Part shown: in pieces, positions 19,056-28,889 of the stretch | Position numbering within the stretch: the first letter of the stretch is position 1 | Layout of the letters: each line of letters begins with the position of its first letter | Assembly: GCA_903827975.1 (NCBI GenBank) | Contig: CAIKKG010000014.1 | Span: forward strand, 1 to 50,832 | Origin: an uncultured bacterium | GTDB taxonomy: Bacteria > Patescibacteriota > Minisyncoccia > UBA6257 > GWB1-50-10 | Length of the DNA stretch: 50,832 nt | Reading direction: 5' to 3' | Made by a program: the position numbers and the translations under genes | The notes under the pieces: model-generated | Databases searched by the model: none | Told to the model about the DNA's origin: nothing | What the model saw: only the letters and a program-made list of their open reading frames with translations

Positions 19056-20549
19056 TTATTTTTTTAGAACTGAACCAGCTAGTAGGTGCATTGACTTGCC
19101 ATCATTTAATGCGAGCTCACCATTTATAAACACGTGCGTTGGTTCAAAATTAGATAGGATTGTAATGTCAGCAAAATAACCCTCTTCAATTTTACCGCGA
19201 TTTTTTATTCCGTACTTTTGAGCTGGAATTGATGTGGACTTATGAATAGCCTTTTCAACACTTAGTAATTTTGAGCCGTCAGCAAATCTCAAAAATGAAG
19301 GAAATGTCTCTGTGCTTGGTGTAAACTTGAACTCCTTTTTACCAAATGCTGCGCTGTTTGTTGAAATTATTGAGTTTGGGTGTGCTAGAAAAGAGTTTAG
19401 TGTGTCAGTGTCAACATTTTTTATCGCCAAAGTCGCCCTTAGATGCGTAAGCTCCATAATTTTTAATATTCCCTCCTCATATTTTATTCCGTTACGAAGC
19501 GAGAATTCCTTTATTGACTTGCCTTCCAAATATTTTAGTGACGGGTCTGTTACGTGCGTAATAAAGCAATCTCGTGGAGCATTCTCCTTGAGGTATGGTA
19601 GAAGCCTTTCTCTGCCAGCTCTAGTTAATGCTTTCTTATGCATTATTTCTATATTCTCCTCATTAAACCATTTAGGAAGTAGTTCATAAATTAATGATGG
19701 AATTGAATCAAAAGGATTAACATCAAAATTTATGCGGTGTCTCGCCGACTCTTTTTCTATTCTTTTCGCCGCTTCTTCGTATAGGTTTTTATATTTCTTT
19801 AAAGGTTGTAAGTGTTGTATTTCTATATTTGCATTTGTTTCATCCGCTAATTCAAGTGTCTCATCTATCGCGGAATTAAGTCCTTCTTGTGTGTCTCGTA
19901 AGTGAGTTGCATATACAGCATTATGACTTGAAACGGTCTTAACCAGTTCTTTCAATTCTGAAAAAGGTGTTCTTATTGCGTGCGTGTGTTCTAATCCTAC
20001 CGAAAGTCCAAATGCACCTTCCTTTATAGAATCGCTAACCATTTTTTTCAACATCTCTAATTCACTTTCTGTAAGATCTCTAAACTTATTTTGAGTTATT
20101 GCTCTACGCATTGATGTGTGACCAACCAATGTGCCAAAATTAACTCCAATCTTTCTTTTTGAAAGCGTTGAGAGAAAATCTTTTACTGAGTGCCAGTTTA
20201 TATTTGTCCCCATTACATTTCCCCACTCTCTAATAGATTCGAGCGAGCCATTTAAAATCGGAGCAAGTGATACGCCACAATTTCCACCTATAATTGTAGT
20301 TATTCCTTGTTTAATAAAATCCTCTTGGTGAGGCTCATAGAAAATAGACATGTGGTGATCCGAGTGCGATGTTATATCTATAAAGCCAGGCATGACAGAT
20401 GCGCCTCCCGCATCAATTACTACATCAGCTTGTTCGCGAGAAAGCGTACCGCATTTAGCTATATATTTTCCTCGTATTAAAATATCTCTTCTGGACGGCG
20501 CAGAACCGCTTCCGTCATAAACTAGGCCGTTTTTAATAAGCGTTTTCAT
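19056..20549 (-). CDS. metal-dependent amidohydrolase, N-acyl-D-amino-acid deacylase (D-aminoacylase)-like
   Basis: N-terminus KNGLVYDGSG...DAGGASVMPGFIDITSHSD and a GGNCGVSLAP motif, typical of the D-aminoacylase branch of the amidohydrolase superfamily. Confidence 0.75.
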   Translation of the reverse strand: MKTLIKNGLVYDGSGSAPSRRDILIRGKYIAKCGTLSREQADVVIDAGGASVMPGFIDITSHSDHHMSIFYEPHQEDFIKQGITTIIGGNCGVSLAPILNGSLESIREWGNVMGTNINWHSVKDFLSTLSKRKIGVNFGTLVGHTSMRRAITQNKFRDLTESELEMLKKMVSDSIKEGAFGLSVGLEHTHAIRTPFSELKELVKTVSSHNAVYATHLRDTQEGLNSAIDETLELADETNANIEIQHLQPLKKYKNLYEEAAKRIEKESARHRINFDVNPFDSIPSLIYELLPKWFNEENIEIMHKKALTRAGRERLLPYLKENAPRDCFITHVTDPSLKYLEGKSIKEFSLRNGIKYEEGILKIMELTHLRATLAIKNVDTDTLNSFLAHPNSIISTNSAAFGKKEFKFTPSTETFPSFLRFADGSKLLSVEKAIHKSTSIPAQKYGIKNRGKIEEGYFADITILSNFEPTHVFINGELALNDGKSMHLLAGSVLKK

Positions 20550-20574
20550 TTACTATATTATTTTAGCATTTTAC

Positions 20575-21621
20575 CTACAAAAATCTTTCTAAAAAGAAAA
20601 GTGCAAGACCTATTATCGTTGTCACAATAGAAATAATCCAAAAACGCATTGTAATCTGACTCTCTGGCCAGCCGAGTGCTTCGAAGTGGTGATGAATAGG
20701 GGTCGAGAGAAAAACCTTCTTATGCCTTACTTTTTTGCTTATCACCTGGATTATTACCGTTGCCGATTCAAAGATAAGTATTGAGCCAAAAAATGGAAGA
20801 AAGAGTGCTGTATTTGTAAGCATGACCATAACACCGAGCGTTATGCCAAGTGACATTGAGCCGGTATCACCCATAAAGAATCTGGCTGGATGAATATTGA
20901 ACCAGAGGAATGCAAGAATGGCGCCAAGTATTACAGCATTCATTGCTGCAAGATCAAAGCGATGCATCGCAAATGAAATTACTGCGAGTGCTCCAAATGC
21001 AAAAAATAAAGTTCCAGCTGCAAGCCCATCGAGGCCATCCGTCTCATTTGTTGAAAATGCTGTGGCGATTAAAATAAAAAGGAAAAATGGTATGTACCAC
21101 CAACCCATAGTTATATTCCCGTAAAAAGGAACGTATAGAGTATTCCAACCAAGGCGGAAGTAGAACCACCAGGCTCCAACCGCAGAAATAGCTGTATATA
21201 AAATTAATTTTTGTTTAACGCTCAATCCTCCTCCATGAGGACCTTTTCCCATAATTCCGTAAATGTCGTCAATTAAGCCTATTATCGCCGCAAAGAAAAG
21301 CGATGCGAGCGGAAGATATGTTTCTGATCTGCTTACAAAATTAAAATAGTTGGCAAACCCTGCAAATAATTTTTGTAGTATGAAAAATAATAATGCCAGC
21401 CCTATTACTGTTCCCCATATAATTATTCCTCCCATTGTCGGAGTATCAGCCTTTTTCTTGTGGAACTGGTAGAAAATCGGAGCACTACTCTCATCTCTAA
21501 TATTTGTTTTCTTAATGTTCAACTTTTTAAGTAGGGCAACAACGAATGGCGTTAAAAACATCGCCACAACGAATCCGAGTGCAAACAATATAAGAATGCG
21601 AATTGCTTCAAAAATAATCAT
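20575..21621 (-). CDS. mraY: phospho-N-acetylmuramoyl-pentapeptide transferase
   Basis: LIDDIYG, NETDGLDGLA, GDTGSMSLG and PIHHHFE motifs. Confidence 0.95.
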   Translation of the reverse strand: MIIFEAIRILILFALGFVVAMFLTPFVVALLKKLNIKKTNIRDESSAPIFYQFHKKKADTPTMGGIIIWGTVIGLALLFFILQKLFAGFANYFNFVSRSETYLPLASLFFAAIIGLIDDIYGIMGKGPHGGGLSVKQKLILYTAISAVGAWWFYFRLGWNTLYVPFYGNITMGWWYIPFFLFILIATAFSTNETDGLDGLAAGTLFFAFGALAVISFAMHRFDLAAMNAVILGAILAFLWFNIHPARFFMGDTGSMSLGITLGVMVMLTNTALFLPFFGSILIFESATVIIQVISKKVRHKKVFLSTPIHHHFEALGWPESQITMRFWIISIVTTIIGLALFFLERFL

Positions 21622-21622
21622 T

Positions 21623-22567
21623 TTAGTTAAATATGTATGCTTGATTTATCCAGTCTAGAATTTTGTCTGTCTGTGTAATTCGGTTATGTGTTCCGAGGAT
21701 AATGTATATTATACGGTCATTATTAAATGAGAAAAGAGCTAGTAGATTTTCTCTAGCTTCAGGTGATGTTCCAGTCTTACCACCAAGAAATCTTGTTTGA
21801 GCTGCAAAATCATTAATGTTCCGCACATCCCTACTTACAGATGTATTTACTGGTTGGACTCTTATTGTTTGTAGTCGTGTCCAGTCAATAATTTCAGGAT
21901 GTTTTTCGATAAGATACTTAGCCAATTTTAGTAAGTCTCCAGTAGTAGAAATATTTTTTTCTGAGAGGCCAGAGCCATCAAAAAAAGTAGTATGAGTCAT
22001 TTCTAGTTCAAGTGCTTTTTTATTTTGCATTGCTGAGAATAAGTCTCTACCACCAGCATATTCTTCAAATGCCGTCGCTGCACGATTTGAAGAGACCATG
22101 AGCATTATTTTCATGAGATCTTCAGATGAATAAGACTCACCACTTTTTAATTCTCCAGCAATCCCCTCAACTGAAACGGCTGTTTTTGAGATTGGGATTT
22201 TTTTATTAAGCCCATATTCTTCTGTTATAACAATCGCAGTCATTAATTTCGTAAGAGATGCAATTGGCCATTGTTTTTCTGTGTTGTAATTAAAAAGCGG
22301 AAAATCTGAGTTGAGTGACTCAACTAAAATTGATTCAGCATCAACCTGCGGATCAAGCACGTCCATTTTGCGTACAGGAATTTTGCGTACGTCTTTTTTC
22401 GTTTCTTCTTGAACAATCGTCTGAGTTGTTCCGGTGTCAACGGTTGCTGATGCAACTTTTGCTTCTGAATTAAAATCACTAACTATGTTTGAAGAAAATA
22501 TTTTTGCCAGTAGCAGTGTTATTGAAATAACGCTTACCGCGATTATTAGTTGTGATCGTGGTTTCAT
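21623..22567 (-). CDS. D-alanyl-D-alanine carboxypeptidase (S11 penicillin-binding protein)
   Basis: SxxK (ASLTKLMT), SxN (VSSNRA) and KTG (GGKTGTS) motifs, plus an N-terminal anchor. Confidence 0.85.
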   Translation of the reverse strand: MKPRSQLIIAVSVISITLLLAKIFSSNIVSDFNSEAKVASATVDTGTTQTIVQEETKKDVRKIPVRKMDVLDPQVDAESILVESLNSDFPLFNYNTEKQWPIASLTKLMTAIVITEEYGLNKKIPISKTAVSVEGIAGELKSGESYSSEDLMKIMLMVSSNRAATAFEEYAGGRDLFSAMQNKKALELEMTHTTFFDGSGLSEKNISTTGDLLKLAKYLIEKHPEIIDWTRLQTIRVQPVNTSVSRDVRNINDFAAQTRFLGGKTGTSPEARENLLALFSFNNDRIIYIILGTHNRITQTDKILDWINQAYIFN

Positions 22568-22569
22568 TT

Positions 22570-23145
22570 TTATTGCTCTGTAGGAATTTGTACCGGCTTT
22601 ATTTCAACTGGCTTTTGTAATTGCTCTTCATATTGATGAAGTGTTTCCTTGTATTTATCGTATTCCGGCAACTGCTCGACAGACGTAAGTCCCATGTGTT
22701 TCAAAAATCTCTCGGTTATTCTGTAATGGAATGAATTACCCTTCTCATCTCCACGCTCAACCAAACCCCTCATTACAAGGCTTCTAATTGTAAAACTGGA
22801 ATTTACACCACGAATATAATCAACCGTTGCTCTAGGAACCGGACCAAGATATGCAATAAGTGACAATGTTTCAAGTGCTGCTGGTGTAAGTTGTTCACGG
22901 AACTCATCCTTAATAATTGCCTCACCTATGTGTGTAAGTTCTGGCTTAGTTACTAACTGAACCTTATTTTCCTTACGAAGTAATAAAAGTCCTCGTGCCT
23001 CACTTTCATGTAGTGTTTTTTCAATTTCAGTGATGGCTGTTTCACAATCAACCTCCTCAATTTTTAAAATTTCGGAAATCTTTTTTATTTCGATTGCTTC
23101 TCCGTAATAAAATAGAACTGCTTCAATTTGTGCAATAATGTTCAT
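22570..23145 (-). CDS. scpB: segregation and condensation protein B
   Basis: ScpB-type winged-helix pair (IEAVLFYYGEAI..., AALETLSLIAYLGPVPRATVDYIRGV). Lies downstream of scpA. Confidence 0.9.
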   Translation of the reverse strand: MNIIAQIEAVLFYYGEAIEIKKISEILKIEEVDCETAITEIEKTLHESEARGLLLLRKENKVQLVTKPELTHIGEAIIKDEFREQLTPAALETLSLIAYLGPVPRATVDYIRGVNSSFTIRSLVMRGLVERGDEKGNSFHYRITERFLKHMGLTSVEQLPEYDKYKETLHQYEEQLQKPVEIKPVQIPTEQ

Positions 23146-23150
23146 AATAA

Positions 23151-23933
23151 TTATTCTGGCTCTATATCACTATTGTATTCGTCGACATTGTTTTTCGCAA
23201 TTGTTATCTCCTCAAAATGCCCTGCTTGTTCAACTTGAACGAGCTGTTGTTTTATTAGATGCAAAATAGCCAGGAACAGAACAACTATTTCTCCGCGTGT
23301 TCCGCTCCCGCCATGTAGTTTATCAAATGTAGTTGGCGCACTTGTGAGTCGCGCTGCAATTTCCTGAATCTTTGCGCGAAGATTTACAATCTGGTTCTTC
23401 ACTGTGGCCTTGGGCTTAAAGAGCTGTTCAAGATCTCCAACAATCTTTTGAATTGGGGCTAGCATGTCGCTCGGTGTTAGTCCGCTTGGAGGATAGAACA
23501 AAGGCTCATCAGATGTTAAAAATTCGCGTGAGTACATCTGTGGCGTCTCGCTCCATAGCGCTGTTATGTGTTCCTGTGTTTTCTTAAATTCACGATAAAG
23601 TGTGAGTCTGTGTTCAAGATCCTTAATCTCACCTTCTTCCTCTTCACTTAATTCAAGCGATGGTAATAAGGACTTAGATTTAATTAAAAGTAATCTTGAA
23701 GCAACAACTAGAAAATCAGCAAGAAGTTCTGGTGGTGCATCAAAAAGCGGAGAGTCCTCGTTAGTGATGTTTTCTGTAAGAGCTATCTTAAACTGATCAA
23801 GATAGTTTAAAAAATCATTAGTAACGTTCGCAAGGTTTATCTGCGAGACTTCCATCTTTTTCTCCTCAATCAAACTGAGCAGTTTGTCTAGAGGACCCTG
23901 AAAATATTCTAAGTGCAATTCAAAATTTTGCAT
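23151..23933 (-). CDS. scpA: segregation and condensation protein A (kleisin)
   Basis: FQGPLDKLLSLIEEKKMEVSQINLANVTNDFL is a typical ScpA N-terminus. Confidence 0.9.
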   Translation of the reverse strand: MQNFELHLEYFQGPLDKLLSLIEEKKMEVSQINLANVTNDFLNYLDQFKIALTENITNEDSPLFDAPPELLADFLVVASRLLLIKSKSLLPSLELSEEEEGEIKDLEHRLTLYREFKKTQEHITALWSETPQMYSREFLTSDEPLFYPPSGLTPSDMLAPIQKIVGDLEQLFKPKATVKNQIVNLRAKIQEIAARLTSAPTTFDKLHGGSGTRGEIVVLFLAILHLIKQQLVQVEQAGHFEEITIAKNNVDEYNSDIEPE

Positions 23934-23942
23934 TTCGTAATT

Positions 23943-24938
23943 TTATCCGTGGCGAATAACCATCACATCTCCGTCCTGTACTATGTAATCCTTTCCCTCA
24001 AGACGCATCCAGCCTTTTTGTTTTGACTGACTCCAACCTCCCGCCTCCATTAATTTTTGCCAGTTAACAACCTCCGCGCGAATAAATGTTTTTTCAAAAT
24101 CAGTGTGGATTGTTCCTGCAGCCTGAGGTGCTTTCCAACCACGCTCAATTGTCCATGCGCGTGTCTCATCCTCACCAGTTGTTAGGAAACTTATTAAATC
24201 AAGAATCTCATACGCCTTTTTAATTAGCTCATCTATATTTTCCGCACTCGCCAAATTCATTGTTATGTAGCCACCACCAACTTCTTCAATTTTCTTTTTT
24301 AATTCTTCTGAAACATCATCCTCATCACCATTTAATAAAAAGACCTGCTCCTTTGCGGTAAGTAGTTCTAAGTCACGCACGATATCTTCGTGTTTATATT
24401 TTTTTGCTGTATTCCCTCTTTCTAAATCCTCTTTTACAGATTTTAAAACACCCGCATCATGTGCCGCCTTTTTATCTCCTGAGCGTACGTCCTTATCAAG
24501 CTTATCTAATCGCTTTGTAACAGTTTCTAAATCTTTAAATATTAATTCAGTGGCGATGATGTCCATATCGCGCAATGGATCAGTTGTTCCCTCAACGTGG
24601 ATTATATCTCCAAGTGGAAAACAACGAAGCACCTGAACAATCGCCTTACATTCACGAATATTTGCCAAAAATTGATTACCAAGCCCCTCACCCTCGCTCG
24701 CGCCTTTTACTAGTCCCGCGATATCATAAAACTCAACAACTGCTGGAACCTTCTTTTTTGAATTAGAAAGCTTTGCTAATTGTTCAATACGCTCGTCTGG
24801 AACTGTAACCACGCCGACATTCGGATCTATGGTTGCAAAAGGATAGTTTGCGATGTGCACCTCCTGCTTTGTTAAAATTTTGAAAAGTGTTGATTTGCCT
24901 ACGTTTGGAAGTCCAACAATTCCTATGGATAGTTTCAT
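23943..24938 (-). CDS. ychF: ribosome-binding ATPase YchF
   Basis: [15 protein letters not shown]-loop, [10 protein letters not shown], and a C-terminal TGS-like region. Confidence 0.93.
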   Translation of the reverse strand: MKLSIGIVGLPNVGKSTLFKILTKQEVHIANYPFATIDPNVGVVTVPDERIEQLAKLSNSKKKVPAVVEFYDIAGLVKGASEGEGLGNQFLANIRECKAIVQVLRCFPLGDIIHVEGTTDPLRDMDIIATELIFKDLETVTKRLDKLDKDVRSGDKKAAHDAGVLKSVKEDLERGNTAKKYKHEDIVRDLELLTAKEQVFLLNGDEDDVSEELKKKIEEVGGGYITMNLASAENIDELIKKAYEILDLISFLTTGEDETRAWTIERGWKAPQAAGTIHTDFEKTFIRAEVVNWQKLMEAGGWSQSKQKGWMRLEGKDYIVQDGDVMVIRHG

Positions 24939-24968
24939 ATTTTTCTTATTCTACCTCACTTATTTGAT

Positions 24969-25355
24969 TTATAAAAGACTGCGCAGTTCTGATAAAATTT
25001 CTTTAGGAATAGGGTCTCTTGATGGGCTTTTACCTGGATAACGCCAGGCAGTTATTACCCTAATTTTCTTATTGGGTAGAAAGTAATTTGCAATTGATTT
25101 TTCAACAAAATCTTTTTTTTCTGTGGGTGATTCCTTTTTGGGAGTAAAAATGGAATACATAACCCAGATTTCCTGCTGGCCTTTTGCACCAGCTGGTTGC
25201 ATTGCAGCAATAGTATCTTCAGCAACACCTTCTTCTACGCGCTTAGGAAACCGAATGATGCGCTTAATTCGTTGCTCAGAAATTGCATAATGTTGCATTT
25301 TTCCCCAAGCATGTGATGTCCAAGTATATTTGGAATCGTTTTTTGGAGGCTTCAT
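24969..25355 (-). CDS. hypothetical protein (128 aa)
   Basis: Clean ORF in the co-directional array. No motif recognised with confidence. Confidence 0.5.
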   Translation of the reverse strand: MKPPKNDSKYTWTSHAWGKMQHYAISEQRIKRIIRFPKRVEEGVAEDTIAAMQPAGAKGQQEIWVMYSIFTPKKESPTEKKDFVEKSIANYFLPNKKIRVITAWRYPGKSPSRDPIPKEILSELRSLL

Positions 25356-25360
25356 TAAAT

Positions 25361-25912
25361 TTATTGCCTACCGTAAAGCCCGACGATGCTTGTGTGCGCA
25401 ATAATGTGTTTTTCCATTGCGCGGAGTAATTCTTCTTTATTTGCTCCCTGAGCAAGTGTTAGTGATTCGCTTAGTGCGTAAAGCGTGAACACATAATGAT
25501 GTGCGGGCTTTCCCTTCTGTGGACATGGCCCCCCATATTTTTGCTTACCCCAACTGTTAGCACCAAAAATAGCATTAGAAGGAAGATTGTCTTCTGAAAT
25601 ATACTGAGTCTTTGGGTCTATGTTCCAAACTATCCAGTGATCAAAAGGAACGCCACGGGAGGCATCGGGGTCGTCCATAATTAGAGCCAGAGATTTTGCT
25701 TCAGCTGGAACGTTTCGGATTTCCAAAAGTGGATTCACATCCTCGCCATCGCAAGTGTATTTTGAGGGAATCATCTCCCCCTCCTTAAATGCCGAGCTTT
25801 TTAATTTAAATTCATTCATGGTTTGTTCTCCTGTCATTATTTGTTTTGCCGGCATCAGGTATATAAATACACCTAATAGTATTAATAAAATGGTTAATGA
25901 GGCCCACTTCAT
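25361..25912 (-). CDS. YbhB/YbcL family PEBP (Raf-kinase-inhibitor-like) protein, membrane-anchored/secreted
   Basis: DDPDA and HHYVFTLYAL motifs. N-terminal hydrophobic segment. Confidence 0.85.
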   Translation of the reverse strand: MKWASLTILLILLGVFIYLMPAKQIMTGEQTMNEFKLKSSAFKEGEMIPSKYTCDGEDVNPLLEIRNVPAEAKSLALIMDDPDASRGVPFDHWIVWNIDPKTQYISEDNLPSNAIFGANSWGKQKYGGPCPQKGKPAHHYVFTLYALSESLTLAQGANKEELLRAMEKHIIAHTSIVGLYGRQ

Positions 25913-25945
25913 TTGTTCTATTATACCATGTATAATTCCCTTTGT

Positions 25946-27049
25946 ATGGCACTCGCATTATATCGCAAATATCGCCCATCCACGTTTGAGGACCTTCTTG
26001 GACAGGATATTATCTCGCGTATTTTGCGTGAGGAGGCAAGGCAGAACAAACTTGCGCACGCATATCTATTTGCTGGTTCTAGAGGTACTGGAAAAACTAC
26101 GACAGCAAGACTTGTTGCTAAGATTGCGAATTGCGAGAAACGTCAGAGTGATGAGAAATTCCGCGCAAAAGGAGAGCCATGTAATGCATGCAGAATGTGC
26201 TCTGAGATTGATGAGGGAAAAAACCTAGATGTAATTGAGATTGATGCCGCGTCAACACGTGGTATTGATGATATCCGCGACCTAAAGGAGAATGTGCGCG
26301 TCTCACCGAGTTATGCGCGTAATAAGGTATTTATTATCGACGAGGCTCATCAGCTTACAAAGGATGCATGGAATGCACTTCTTAAAACACTAGAAGAGCC
26401 ACCTGAGTATGTAATATTAATTCTCGCGACCACTGAGGCAGATAGAGTTCCAGCTACGATCATCTCACGCACACAACAGTTTCACTTTAAGCACATCTCG
26501 CTTACAACACTTGTTAAGAAGCTAAAGCATATTGCAAAAGAAGAAGGTATCGATATCTCTGATGATGCTTTAGAGCTCGTTGCATCTTCTGCGGAAGGAA
26601 GTTTCCGTGACGCGGAATCATTACTCGATCAGCTCGTTTCGTTTAATGATAAAAAGATAAGTATTACTGAGGTTGAATCAATGGTTGGAAAGATAGGATT
26701 TGATAAGCTTTCCGCATTTGCAGAACTTTTATTGGATAAGAATATTAAGGATTCGATAAGAATTCTTTCTGAGATTTATGACGGAGGATATAATATCGTG
26801 CAATTTACCAAGGATTTAATTCAGTATATGCGTCGCGTTGCAGTGCTCTCACATAATGCGGAAATGAAAGAAGTGTTTGCGAATGAGTTAATGGCAGACC
26901 ACGTATCTCGTTTAGAGGTTCACTCAAAAAAGTTCGAGGATAAACACATTTTGCTTCTTAAGAATCTTATTAAGGCATATGGGGAGATGCGCTATAGTCA
27001 GTTCCCTATCATTCCATTAGAGGTTGCGATAATTGAAAGCCTCAAATAA
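25946..27049 (+). CDS. dnaX: DNA polymerase III subunit gamma/tau (short form)
   Basis: ALYRKYRPSTFEDLLGQ, GSRGTGKTTTARL, Zn module C..C..CNACRMC, IIDEAHQLT and SRTQ. ATG at 25946 lies inside the 25913 ORF. Confidence 0.9.
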   Translation: MALALYRKYRPSTFEDLLGQDIISRILREEARQNKLAHAYLFAGSRGTGKTTTARLVAKIANCEKRQSDEKFRAKGEPCNACRMCSEIDEGKNLDVIEIDAASTRGIDDIRDLKENVRVSPSYARNKVFIIDEAHQLTKDAWNALLKTLEEPPEYVILILATTEADRVPATIISRTQQFHFKHISLTTLVKKLKHIAKEEGIDISDDALELVASSAEGSFRDAESLLDQLVSFNDKKISITEVESMVGKIGFDKLSAFAELLLDKNIKDSIRILSEIYDGGYNIVQFTKDLIQYMRRVAVLSHNAEMKEVFANELMADHVSRLEVHSKKFEDKHILLLKNLIKAYGEMRYSQFPIIPLEVAIIESLK

Positions 27050-27097
27050 GTGCTATTCACATTATTATTTTATTTTTAGAATTTGTTTTGTCCTAAT

Positions 27098-27727
27098 CTA
27101 TTCGCTCTGGTTAATCTTTTCAAATGAAGTCTTCCAATATTCTATAAGTTTGATTCCATCAATAAGCTCGATTCTTGGATCGCCTGAGGCTGCATATTTT
27201 GCCATTTCAGAAATATTACCAGTGGTTACAAAAAATCCTTTGTCGGCGTGATCATTAACATTTTTTATTGTTCCTAGAAAATCCCTAACATCGTGAGGAG
27301 TTACTTCTGTATTTTCACTATATTTCTTACATTGAATGAAATATATTTTCTCATCTTTTTTTGCTTTAATATCAATCCCGTGATCATTTGCACCACCAAC
27401 ATTAGTGGTTGTGTAGCCCAATCTACCAAACATTTCAGCTATCTTGTGTTCGAATTCTTGCGCCGGCATTCCTTTCAGCATGTAGAGTGTATCTTCATCG
27501 TCTAACTCCCATTTTGTTTTGGAGTATTTCATTTTCTTTCCTTTTGTGACTAAAAGAATTATTATTTTAATAGTAAGTATTCCTAAGCCAACATAAATTA
27601 ATATGCGCCAAAACATCGCACGATTTACAAAAAATAATATTACTAGTGAAACTATGGTAAATGGCGCAATGTCTATTCCAATGCTCCATAGTTTATCACT
27701 AGTACTTTTGTCTCTATTTCTTTTCAT
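27098..27727 (-). CDS. membrane-anchored restriction-endonuclease-fold (Mrr_cat-like) protein
   Basis: Two N-terminal TM helices, then FEHKIAEMFGRLGY...NDHGIDIKA...FIQCKKY, which matches the D...(Q/E)xK Mrr catalytic-domain pattern. Confidence 0.7.
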   Translation of the reverse strand: MKRNRDKSTSDKLWSIGIDIAPFTIVSLVILFFVNRAMFWRILIYVGLGILTIKIIILLVTKGKKMKYSKTKWELDDEDTLYMLKGMPAQEFEHKIAEMFGRLGYTTTNVGGANDHGIDIKAKKDEKIYFIQCKKYSENTEVTPHDVRDFLGTIKNVNDHADKGFFVTTGNISEMAKYAASGDPRIELIDGIKLIEYWKTSFEKINQSE

Positions 27728-27949
27728 TTTCTTAATTATACAATAATCCGCAAATCAATTATCTTATTAAATTAACTTCCAAAAATAAATCCTCGCATAC
27801 CAATACTGCTATATATAATTCTCGCAGTAAATAACGGACCGACTACGATTTTTCTTTAAGACTTAAAATGTAGAGAATCAGCCAGTAGTTGCATGGTGTT
27901 GGTATCGCAACTTTTGCTGAAACCCTAAGTGAATGATAATTAATTCACT

Positions 27950-28045
27950 TCATAATTTTTTCCATGCTTCGGTGCACTGATTATCTTCTATTACATTCGT
28001 CGTACTTCCATGACCAACGAATATTGCTGGCATTTTTTCACTCAT
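27950..28045 (-). pseudogene. 31-codon remnant resembling the N-terminus of a class III extradiol (YgiD/4,5-DOPA dioxygenase-like) enzyme
   Basis: Hand translation MSEKMPAIFVGHGSTTNVIEDNQCTEAWKKL* resembles the MPALFxGHGSPMNxLEDN start of YgiD-type proteins. It stops after 31 codons, and no continuation was seen in other frames. Confidence 0.35.
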
Positions 28046-28872
28046 TAGATTTTATATGTGTTTTTGAACTGAGTTGTTAGGTATGGTTTTAGAGTCTCCC
28101 AATCAAGTGTAAATTCCGGCGCTCCTGATGAGCCTGGTGCAACCTGATACTCACTAAATACAAATGTAATTCCACCATCATTAATTACAAAGTTCTGGAA
28201 ATTAGATGGGAAAAAGAATCCGTCGCAGTGACACTTTTCTTTATCGAGTGTTACTCCATCTGGCTTTAGATATGCAAGTCCTAGTCCGCTATCAATCATC
28301 TCCCTATCACTATACGCACCAGCATCAGCATATATTTTATCTGAAAGAACTCTGGATAGCGCAATGTCATTATTGTTATCTACAAAATTTATAATTGCAT
28401 CAATCGCTAACTGGCCTGTTTTATCAAATGTAAATGTGGTAATCGTAGTGTTCCCATTAGCACCTCCAGTGAATTCATATGTTGAGAATACATAAGAAAC
28501 AGTTCCGAATTTTTTAGACTCGGCTTTTGTATAACTTATGAAGTACTGATACTCCATTTTTGGTCTGTCAGGAAAATCAATATTTGTTTGTTGCTCAGCT
28601 TTATAGGTTTCACCACCAATCTTCCAGTCTTCTTTTTTCTGTGCAACCTGATATTTAACAAATCTCTCCATTGCGCCACTCGTGTCCAATACTTCAATTG
28701 GATATGCGGTGTTTATGGTGTAGAAATCAGTTTTTTCCACAATACTTTTTTCAGTTGTTGAGGTAGCGATTCCGCTATTAACGGTAATCTGAATATTTTT
28801 TGGTGAGTAATAATAAATAACCGCAATAATTAGAACAAACAAAAGTGAGATAGGAATAAGATATTTCTTCAT
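28045..28872 (-). CDS. secreted DUF3298/DUF4163-like protein
   Basis: N-terminal anchor. Overall pattern (FYTINTAYPIEV, FTFDKTGQL) recalls RsiV/PdaC-type DUF4163-DUF3298 proteins. Assigned by memory only. Confidence 0.5.
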   Translation of the reverse strand: MKKYLIPISLLFVLIIAVIYYYSPKNIQITVNSGIATSTTEKSIVEKTDFYTINTAYPIEVLDTSGAMERFVKYQVAQKKEDWKIGGETYKAEQQTNIDFPDRPKMEYQYFISYTKAESKKFGTVSYVFSTYEFTGGANGNTTITTFTFDKTGQLAIDAIINFVDNNNDIALSRVLSDKIYADAGAYSDREMIDSGLGLAYLKPDGVTLDKEKCHCDGFFFPSNFQNFVINDGGITFVFSEYQVAPGSSGAPEFTLDWETLKPYLTTQFKNTYKI

Positions 28873-28889
28873 GTGTATATATATTTATT

